From positions 70,864-134,863 of IMG/VR virus record IMGVR_UViG_3300020050_016625: a stretch of DNA of 64,000 bases. The stretch is one strand, 5' to 3'. How positions within the stretch are numbered: position 1 is the stretch's first letter; each line of letters opens with the position of its first letter. The stretch is from a virus. Taxonomy: Duplodnaviria > Caudoviricetes. The notes beneath the pieces are model-generated. The model was not told where the DNA came from. It did no database searches and worked only from the letters and a program-made list of their open reading frames with translations. Below are positions 56,786 to 64,000 of the stretch, one piece after another. The position numbers were made by a program, and so were the translations under genes.

Positions 56786-57136
56786 ATGGCTACTAAAAAA
56801 TTTACAGCATTAAAGGTCGAAGGTTCTATTATAGAATCTACTGTTACAAACCAAAAAGCATTTGCTTTGTACAATAAGATTATAGATAGCTACCACAAAG
56901 CACAAAGAGAAATCATTAAGGCAAATGAAAAGCCTTTTACGTCTATTGAAGATTTCTTTTCAGATGTTGAGCATTATAATCTAAATGCAGAAATGTTGAA
57001 AAAAGGTTATTCTTTTGAGAATGACACCTACACAACGCCAATCGGTACGGTAAAGATAGAGAAAGTGAACGATTTGAATACAGAAGCAATATTGTCTCAC
57101 AGTACAGAAGTGTACAAATTTACAATTACGCAATAA
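56786..57136 (+). CDS. Hypothetical protein
   Basis: Downstream of the cassette promoter. Confidence 0.65.
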   Translation: MATKKFTALKVEGSIIESTVTNQKAFALYNKIIDSYHKAQREIIKANEKPFTSIEDFFSDVEHYNLNAEMLKKGYSFENDTYTTPIGTVKIEKVNDLNTEAILSHSTEVYKFTITQ

Positions 57137-57528
57137 TGGAACGAATATATGTAAATGGAGAAACATATAGTTTCTTATACCAAAATCAAAAAGAAGTAGC
57201 TTGTATCGTAAATGATAAGACACTTGTATGTGAGTTTTCCGAAACATGGGAGAAAACTAAGCTACAACTTGCAAGCAAAATAGTAAATGAATTGAATGTA
57301 GCTTCAATCACATTTTATCATAGCAGGAATGTATTTAAAAGCACAATGCAGGGCGGAGGTTACAAATCATTTATTGCTAAGTATTTTGATAGTAATGTAA
57401 GATTTGAAGGCTTTGAATGTGGTTATTATGAGCCTACAATTACAGTCAGTAGAGAAGTATGGGAAAAAGCAAAAGAACGTGGGATATTGCAAACAAATTA
57501 TTTGAAAAATACTACGATTGTAGAGTAA
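57136..57528 (+). CDS. Hypothetical protein
   Basis: TAATG overlap with the previous gene. Confidence 0.6.
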   Translation: MERIYVNGETYSFLYQNQKEVACIVNDKTLVCEFSETWEKTKLQLASKIVNELNVASITFYHSRNVFKSTMQGGGYKSFIAKYFDSNVRFEGFECGYYEPTITVSREVWEKAKERGILQTNYLKNTTIVE

Positions 57529-57720
57529 GTTAGAAATACACAAAAAACGCCTGTATAGATTTATACGGGTGTTTTTTTTATATAAAATAATCTATTTAAA
57601 AATAAGAGTAAAAACCCGTATTTTTTGAGACTTAATTATGAATCTGTTTTGTTATATCAAAAGACTGCCACATTATCGCAACGTAGCAGCCCCAAATTTA
57701 TTATGAATCAATTTAACGTA

Positions 57721-58761
57721 TTATTTTTTAGCAGCCTTACCCCCTTTTTTACCGCTTTTCCTATTTACAAACGCATTACGCAAAGGTAAGCAAAACTTAT
57801 TCAATGTTTCTACTAATCCTGCATCTGTATCGAGTGCAAGGTACATAATTTCCATGAAACGTTTGTAGTCTTTGCGTTCTATGTAATTTTCAACAAATGG
57901 TAGTCCTGTGTTTTTCCAAATAGGTACACCTAATGTCTCCTCATTTACTTCTACCTTGCCATACAGATTGAAACCAACGCCATCTATATTTACAACTTTT
58001 TCAAGTTCCTTTATAGTTTCCGCAATGGCATTGTGTATTTGAATAAACTCACTTGAATGAATAGTTTCCATACACTCAAATAAAGTTTTGCCTTCTATAA
58101 ATAAAGGGTGTGGATTTTCCTTTAGATACTCATTTATAAACTCATTTGCATAATCAGCACGTTTTTGAAAGAATTGTTCTTTCAATTCATTTCCCATAAC
58201 TCCATACAATGCGTTTATAATGTCTTTTTCGCCTACTTTTTTCGCAGATTCCATTAACTCACTACCATTAGGCAAACTTTCAACAAATGCTGTTAAATCG
58301 CTTAATAGATAGGGTTTAATTCTTTCTGCATAACGCCCAGAAATAGTCATTTGATAGTCATACGGCAAAATGCCTTTTTCTTCCTCCATATAATCAAATA
58401 GAATATCTATCCACTCGAAAATAGGTTGATTAAGAGAAGCTACGTATGTATCTACCATTACGCTATTCATAATAACAGCAAAGGTAATATCCTCGCCCAA
58501 AGCAAGTAGCACCTTTACATGCTTATTAGGCGTATCAATAATATAAGTGCCTAAAAAGTTAGCCTTACTAATATTAATAGACGTACCAAAACGCCTAAAT
58601 AGATAAGCAAAGGCATTTAAGCCATTACCAATTGCCTTTTCGCCTAAATATACGTCTTGTGGCGTGCAATTGAAGCGACTTGAATACTCCAATACGGTTT
58701 CGCCTACTTCTAAATAGTGTTGTTTAGGCGTAAATATTTGTGCGGTTGTTTGTGTTTCCAT
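57721..58761 (-). CDS. Hypothetical protein
   Basis: 346 aa ORF coupled to dCTP deaminase. Confidence 0.6.
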   Translation of the reverse strand: METQTTAQIFTPKQHYLEVGETVLEYSSRFNCTPQDVYLGEKAIGNGLNAFAYLFRRFGTSINISKANFLGTYIIDTPNKHVKVLLALGEDITFAVIMNSVMVDTYVASLNQPIFEWIDILFDYMEEEKGILPYDYQMTISGRYAERIKPYLLSDLTAFVESLPNGSELMESAKKVGEKDIINALYGVMGNELKEQFFQKRADYANEFINEYLKENPHPLFIEGKTLFECMETIHSSEFIQIHNAIAETIKELEKVVNIDGVGFNLYGKVEVNEETLGVPIWKNTGLPFVENYIERKDYKRFMEIMYLALDTDAGLVETLNKFCLPLRNAFVNRKSGKKGGKAAKK

Positions 58762-59396
58762 TATGAAAAGTTTTCGTGATTTTTACTTGCTGTTACTGTA
58801 TTTTGGTCTTGATACTTTGCGCCCTTTTTTGCGCCATACGGAACAGTACAATTGCCATCGGTGCTATTAAAGCTAATTTGCGCTATTTTCATGTTAGGAT
58901 AAACTTTTGTAGGATAAGCTACTGTTATTTCAAGTGTCCAAGTGCCGTTAAATCCTATGTCTCCATAGCCTGCCGTTTGGTGTATATTCATACCTAAGCG
59001 TGCAATACTGCTTTTACCTTCTATAATACCTACACAGTCTTTTGTATATGTACGCTCATTTGTAGAAGCTAAATAAAGCGTATTAGGCATTAACCAATAG
59101 CCAGTTTCGGGAATGACAAACGATTGTGTTTCGTTTTTCTGTCTGCTATCTAACATTATCGTATCTCTAAATAGCAATAAATCCGCTAATTTTGAGATAA
59201 AAGGTTTTGGTATGCTATTACTTACCAAGTCTCTAATACGCTGCATAACGCTACGTTTTTCAGGCTTATAAACCATAAACTCACTTGCAAGTGTTAGGTC
59301 GTAACTATTGCTACCTAATTGTGTTGGATTAAACGGTGTGATTTGGATTGTACCGTTTTCGATTGCGTTTAAGATGTTTGTGTCTGTTGCTATCAT
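58761..59396 (-). CDS. dcd: dCTP deaminase
   Basis: NSYDLTL, EGKSSIARLG, TAGYGDIGFNGTWTLEI, KIAQI and KYQDQ. Confidence 0.9.
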   Translation of the reverse strand: MIATDTNILNAIENGTIQITPFNPTQLGSNSYDLTLASEFMVYKPEKRSVMQRIRDLVSNSIPKPFISKLADLLLFRDTIMLDSRQKNETQSFVIPETGYWLMPNTLYLASTNERTYTKDCVGIIEGKSSIARLGMNIHQTAGYGDIGFNGTWTLEITVAYPTKVYPNMKIAQISFNSTDGNCTVPYGAKKGAKYQDQNTVTASKNHENFS

Positions 59397-59415
59397 TTAT
59401 TAAAATTTGCTATGA

Positions 59416-59772
59416 TTACATTAAGGGATTGATAGTTTGCGCTATATACTGAAAATAGTTTTCAGGAATTGCCTTATCACTATCTTTACTATCTGCTAAA
59501 CTTGATACTGCTACATTTACCGAAAATCTGCTTGCATCAACACTAACATCTACATAATCATCTGTTAGCGTATAATCAAGTATTTCCTTTTTCTCTACCA
59601 AAGAAATTAAATCATTTTCATTAATGGCAGTACGCATAATTACATCTCCATTCGTATCAGGAACGCCAAAGGTAATAACTCTAAATTTGTATGCAGTTGG
59701 TTTGTCAGTCATTTTTACGTCTATTAATTCGTTTGAATTTACCCAAATATTCGGCAACTGCTGGCGTTGCAT
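59416..59772 (-). CDS. Small protein with an HK97 prohead-protease-like N-terminal motif (start may be 59712)
   Basis: ITFGVPDTNGDVIMRTAI; no catalytic His/Ser motifs evident. Confidence 0.4.
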   Translation of the reverse strand: MQRQQLPNIWVNSNELIDVKMTDKPTAYKFRVITFGVPDTNGDVIMRTAINENDLISLVEKKEILDYTLTDDYVDVSVDASRFSVNVAVSSLADSKDSDKAIPENYFQYIAQTINPLM

Positions 59773-60103
59773 CTATCTTTTTACGTTCAAAGTTTTTAAG
59801 AAATGCTTTTAGTTCTCTTAAATCGCTTCCTGAAAAATCAATAAACTTTATATAATCTGCCGTTTCTCCATATATCGAAATGACTGCCCAACTTTTCCCA
59901 TTCTCATGTACATCGGCAGAAATTTCTATGTTTCCAAATAGCTTATTTATTGCATCTTCTTTGCCTTGTAATCTATTCTCTAATTGCGATAAGTCTATTG
60001 ATAGCTGTTTAAGGTAGCCTATTTCTTTCTTAATCGCTTCTTTCTCCTTTGCTATTTGCTCACTAAATAACCATACGAATAAACGCTGTAATATTGATTT
60101 CAT
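59705..60103 (-). CDS. Hypothetical protein
   Basis: ORF in operon. Confidence 0.55.
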   Translation of the reverse strand: MKSILQRLFVWLFSEQIAKEKEAIKKEIGYLKQLSIDLSQLENRLQGKEDAINKLFGNIEISADVHENGKSWAVISIYGETADYIKFIDFSGSDLRELKAFLKNFERKKIDATPAVAEYLGKFKRINRRKND

Positions 60104-60540
60104 AAAGCAGTTAGTTTATAGGTGGTCTTACTATGATTTCTTGCTTTTTGCATTATGTAGTTCAAACGATTAGGGCAACATTCAGGAATAAAATTCAATT
60201 CATAATAAATTTCATAATTACCTGTCTCACCTATTTCGCCCGTTTTCTCAATAGTCAAGTGAGATGTACCCAACTTATAAATAAGAAAAGCACTAAATTC
60301 TTTTTTGTCTTGAAAGTCTTTATCTAAAGCACTAAATTTAGCTTTACCACCATTGTCTAATATCTCTATCGCTTTTCTCACTAAGTCTATTCTTTCAGAC
60401 GTAACCACAGCGCAATATGGCTTAACCTTATTGCTACTTGAAAGCCTATCAAAAAATTCTATTCCTTTTGTAGATGTAAACCTTACTACATTTCTCAATA
60501 AGGCTAACGACATTTCTTGCTGTTTTTCTAAATCATTCAT
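60100..60540 (-). CDS. Hypothetical protein
   Basis: ORF in operon. Confidence 0.55.
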   Translation of the reverse strand: MNDLEKQQEMSLALLRNVVRFTSTKGIEFFDRLSSSNKVKPYCAVVTSERIDLVRKAIEILDNGGKAKFSALDKDFQDKKEFSAFLIYKLGTSHLTIEKTGEIGETGNYEIYYELNFIPECCPNRLNYIMQKARNHSKTTYKLTAL

Positions 60541-60639
60541 TTTTTAGTACGTTTTAAAGTTTTGATAAATTACATATAATCAACGGTTTAATGTTTATAA
60601 CAGCGTAATATCTAAATAAATCATTTTTTGTTTTTCATA

Positions 60640-61260
60640 TTAAATTTGAATCCCTACCATTTGAATAGGTTGCGGATATTTCTTTTCGTATATGTCGGAT
60701 AAATTAGCTATGCCTTCAAAACTACAAACAATAGCTACATTCTTTTGTAGGTCTTCTATTTGTTCTAAGATAGGCGAAATAACACTTTTGTTCTCAATAC
60801 CTAATTTGTTCACAGCCTGTATTAGATATTCCATACTACAAAGCAGACGACTTCGGTACATATCAATATCTGAATTATTCTGCACTCTCAATAAATGCCT
60901 ATTTTTCAAAATATCGAAAACATCGCAATGTCTATCTATTAGCAATATTTCACAAATCCCATTCCATGTAGCATCGTCTATATCTGTGAGTAAGTGCATT
61001 TTTACATCTATGCCTTTATACGCCCGCTCCGTTACAATGTAATTCCTATTACCCATATCGAAAAAGAAAACCGCAGCAAAATCAGACTTTTTAAGCACAT
61101 AATCTTGTGGGTAGCATTTTTTAGAAAGCAAATCTGAAATAGCCCTATTTTCTAAAATAGCGTAATTTGTATCAATAAATGTAATGTCGCTTGTAATAGC
61201 TTTATTCCAAACACCTTTACTTGCAAATATATCTGCAAATATACTAATAATTTCTTACAT
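60640..61260 (-). pseudogene. Hypothetical gene with a nonsense codon at position 2
   Basis: ATG TAA followed by an open frame continuous with ORF 60640-61131. Confidence 0.5.
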
Positions 61261-61268
61261 AAACCTAA

Positions 61269-61640
61269 TTATTTTACAAATGATTTAATAAAATCGAAAA
61301 AAGTATCTTTCATTACCTTAATATTTTCAATTACCTTTAGCTGTTCACTTTTTTGAATGTTGGTAATTAAATAGGCTGTATTTTCTGCATGGTTTAAATT
61401 GCGAATAACCATATTATAGGCATTAAAATAAATGCCTATAAATCCAATCTCTTTTGCTGGCTTGTAATTTTTAGTTACCTGCATTTCATAGTAAAGAAAA
61501 TCGCTTTCTATGCTTTTGTCGTAGCAGGTAACCTTTGCGCCTAATCTCATTTCTGCCTTTTGCACATTTTCACTAATTTTTATCATTTGTGAAATTATGT
61601 CTTTATTATTTGTATTGAACTCGCTTATTATATCTCTCAT
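61269..61640 (-). CDS. Hypothetical protein
   Basis: Likely start MRDIISEF. Confidence 0.55.
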   Translation of the reverse strand: MRDIISEFNTNNKDIISQMIKISENVQKAEMRLGAKVTCYDKSIESDFLYYEMQVTKNYKPAKEIGFIGIYFNAYNMVIRNLNHAENTAYLITNIQKSEQLKVIENIKVMKDTFFDFIKSFVK

Positions 61641-62221
61641 TAGTATTCTATTTTTTCGGATAACCAAATTATATCTTTGTGTTTCAATGCAAAAACGCTG
61701 TGAGAAATACAAATCACTTGGAATTTAGTTGCAAGCAAAGGTAGGAAAACCGTATGAAAGTACCTTTGTTGTTCTAAATCTAAATGACTATCTAACTCGT
61801 CTAATAAAATAGTTGCTTTTCCTGAAAAGTCCTTACTTGCTACAAAGTCCCTTAGCTGCCAGTTATAATTTGTAGCCAAATAATTTTGTAGTGTTTCTTT
61901 GAATGTATCTAAATTCAATGTAAGTAATTCTTTTTGAATATACTTATTTAACTCTCCTGCACTTAGATTCATTTTATGTATTTCCAAATTAGATAAAGAA
62001 AATCCGTTTAGGTGATATACGCAGTTGTGAAAGTCTTGCATATACTCATTATCTAAATAGAAAACGTCTCGCCCACTCCATTGTAGCGTTGTATCGTTTA
62101 AACGTGAGTACCTATCTCTTTTCCATGTCAAAGCAGATGCACCGTAATTGTCAATATAGCAGGTATCTGCAATCGTTTTTAAAAGCAAGGATTTACCACA
62201 GCCATTTTTACCCATAATCAC
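61640..62221 (-). CDS. ABC/AAA-type ATPase, probably N-terminally truncated
   Basis: GKNGCGKS, LSAGE, ILLDE and ISHS; upstream frame has no ATG. Confidence 0.7.
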   Translation of the reverse strand: MIMGKNGCGKSLLLKTIADTCYIDNYGASALTWKRDRYSRLNDTTLQWSGRDVFYLDNEYMQDFHNCVYHLNGFSLSNLEIHKMNLSAGELNKYIQKELLTLNLDTFKETLQNYLATNYNWQLRDFVASKDFSGKATILLDELDSHLDLEQQRYFHTVFLPLLATKFQVICISHSVFALKHKDIIWLSEKIEY

Positions 62222-62324
62222 ATTTAGGTCTTCGTTAAATGTAATTATTGTTTTTTTTATTAGTTCGCTTAGTAATCCGTTCTATGCTACTACAAATATA
62301 AGAAATAATAGTTAATTTTACAAC

Positions 62325-63818
62325 ATGAAAAATAAACTTTTTTACGGGGACAACTTGGAAGTTTTGCGAGAAATAAAAAGCGAAACAGTAGATTTGTGCT
62401 ATATAGACCCACCGTTTAATTCAAAACGGAACTATAACCAAATTTACAATAATATAGGCAAAGAAGATAGGGCGCAAGCGCAAGCCTTTATAGATACATG
62501 GACTTGGGATAATGAGGCGGGCGATGCTTTATCGGAAATTAGAGATAATTCTCGAATGAGATACTCATTACAAACCGTAAAATTAATACATGGATTGCAC
62601 GAGGTTTTAGGTAAAGGGAGTTTATTAGCCTATCTATTGAGTATGACACAAAGAATTGTAGAAATTCATAGAGTTCTGAAACCGACAGGCTCATTTTATT
62701 TGCATTGCGACCCAACGGCAAGCCATTATTTGAAATTAGTTTTGGATAGCATTTTTTGTAGTCAAAGAGGAGACTTCAAAAACGAAATAGTTTGGCATTA
62801 TAGAAGATGGACAGGCAAGGCGCAGAAGTTTCAAGAATTACACGATATAATATTTTTCTACACCAAAGGGGAGGACTATACATTTAACGTTTTATATACT
62901 GATTATACTGAAAAATCTCTGAAGCGAAAAGAGCATTATCATACCCGAATAAAAAACGGTGAAACTTACGTAACCTCTGTTGATGAAAGAGGTGTAAGAG
63001 ATAATGATGTTTGGCAAATACAGCTTCTTAACTCTCAATCTAAGGAGAGATTAGGGTATCCCACCCAAAAGCCAGAAGCATTACTTGAAAAAATAATTCA
63101 AGCAAGTTCAAATGAAGGAGATGTTGTTTTAGATGCTTATTGTGGTTGCGGCACGACTATAGCGGTAGCACAAAAATTAAACCGTAATTGGATAGGGATA
63201 GATATAACCTATCAATCTATTTCACTAATCCTAAAACGACTATCTGATACGTATGGAGAAAGCGCAATGAATAATATAACTTTGTGGGGAATCCCCGAAG
63301 ATATAGACAGCGCAAAATTATTAGCGAATAAACAAGATGATAAAACTCGCAAGGAGTTTGAGAAGTGGATAATCTTAACTTATACAAACAATAAGGCATA
63401 CATAAACGAAAAGAAAGGCGGGGACGGGGGAATAGATGGTATTTCTATGATAGTAGATAGAGACGAAAAGCAAAATCAAGTATATGAAAAGGTTATATTT
63501 AGCGTAAAATCTAATGCAACCCTTAGCCCAACGGTTATTAGGGATTTATTTGGCACAATGGCAAGAGAAAAAGCAGTAATGGGGTATTTGCTTACGCTAA
63601 ACCCTATGCCTAATCTTGTGAAAAGCTGTAAAGAATATGGCGCTTATACAAATAATGTAATGGCAAGAGATTATCCAAAAATACAAGTTATTACGGCAGA
63701 AGAAATTTTAAATGGTAGTCGTTTTGATTTGCCCATAAGTATAGATGTAGTTAAATCTGCGGAAAGACTAAAAGCAGTTAAAGAAACGCCAACACTATTT
63801 GAACAAAAGCCCTCATAA
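62325..63818 (+). CDS. Beta-class DNA methyltransferase fused to Mrr-like endonuclease domain
   Basis: IDPPF, YPTQKPEALL and DAYCGCGTT; C-terminal DGGIDG...SVKS...IRDL. Confidence 0.85.
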   Translation: MKNKLFYGDNLEVLREIKSETVDLCYIDPPFNSKRNYNQIYNNIGKEDRAQAQAFIDTWTWDNEAGDALSEIRDNSRMRYSLQTVKLIHGLHEVLGKGSLLAYLLSMTQRIVEIHRVLKPTGSFYLHCDPTASHYLKLVLDSIFCSQRGDFKNEIVWHYRRWTGKAQKFQELHDIIFFYTKGEDYTFNVLYTDYTEKSLKRKEHYHTRIKNGETYVTSVDERGVRDNDVWQIQLLNSQSKERLGYPTQKPEALLEKIIQASSNEGDVVLDAYCGCGTTIAVAQKLNRNWIGIDITYQSISLILKRLSDTYGESAMNNITLWGIPEDIDSAKLLANKQDDKTRKEFEKWIILTYTNNKAYINEKKGGDGGIDGISMIVDRDEKQNQVYEKVIFSVKSNATLSPTVIRDLFGTMAREKAVMGYLLTLNPMPNLVKSCKEYGAYTNNVMARDYPKIQVITAEEILNGSRFDLPISIDVVKSAERLKAVKETPTLFEQKPS

Positions 63819-63872
63819 TTTGCAGATTACAAGGGGCTAATATATTTTTTTACTTTTAATTTTTGTTTATTT

Positions 63873-64000
63873 ATGAATGACAAATGGGAATTTTACAAAG
63901 ACACTCAAGGCGAGTGGAGATGGCGCAGAGCCGCACCAAATGGAAACATTGTTGGCGCAAGCTCACAAGGCTACGTTAATCGGGTGGATTGCGTAGCTAA
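63873..64000 (+). CDS. YegP/DUF1508 family protein (partial)
   Basis: WEFYKDTQGEWRWRRAAPNGNIVGASSQGY. Confidence 0.8.
   Translation, partial: MNDKWEFYKDTQGEWRWRRAAPNGNIVGASSQGYVNRVDCVA

Larger units (their letters stand above)
1..64000. mobile_element. Large tailed phage or prophage genome segment, probable Bacteroidota host
   Basis: Terminase, portal, prohead protease and capsid genes; dense small ORFs; TAnnTTTG promoters; no host housekeeping operons. No integrase or tail genes in the window. Confidence 0.9.

Noticed and set aside
1-64000. CRISPR, TIGR-like or other tandem repeat-spacer array
   Set aside because: All repeats found are dispersed promoter or terminator elements. No regularly spaced array and no cas or Nop-domain gene was seen.
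1-64000. Stop-codon reassignment
   Set aside because: Long genes are intact in the standard code. The few internal stops are mixed TAA/TAG and explained as lesions.
1-64000. tRNA or rRNA genes
   Set aside because: No T-loop or cloverleaf signatures were recognised by eye. tRNAscan-SE would be needed to exclude them fully.

Overview
The window is an AT-rich, gene-dense segment of a large tailed-phage genome or a mildly decaying prophage. The host is most likely Bacteroidota, judged from TAnnTTTG -7 promoter boxes, an EAD11 domain, DUF1599, a SprB-type repeat and SPII lipoproteins. There are two minus-strand late operons about 16 kb apart: TerS-TerL-portal (39113-42675) and prohead protease/scaffold, decoration protein, major capsid, connector-like gene (18326-23256). 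They share a 43-bp promoter motif and an identical 36-bp terminator. Other recognisable genes include a DarB-like MTase-SNF2 helicase, two more DNA MTases, Rnl1 RNA ligase, dCTP deaminase, an ECF sigma factor, a ParB-like protein, HNH and T5orf172 proteins, and a TnpB-only element that interrupts a small gene. The most notable observation is a dispersed set of catalytically dead or truncated paralogues. These include 2 clear and 2 tentative fragments of the phage's own large terminase, 2 dead DUF262 copies beside 3 motif-bearing ones, and fragments resembling prohead protease and DnaB, plus an EAD11 protein. Together they suggest a decoy or dominant-negative counter-defence arsenal. The window also shows three promoter classes: a CTACAT-N4-ATGTAG palindrome exactly 38 bp upstream of a host -7 box (8 copies), ECF-type AAC-N16-CGT promoters (13 copies, four with a bulged-G RNA leader), and a late motif. 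All family assignments come from by-eye motif recognition. No searches were run.
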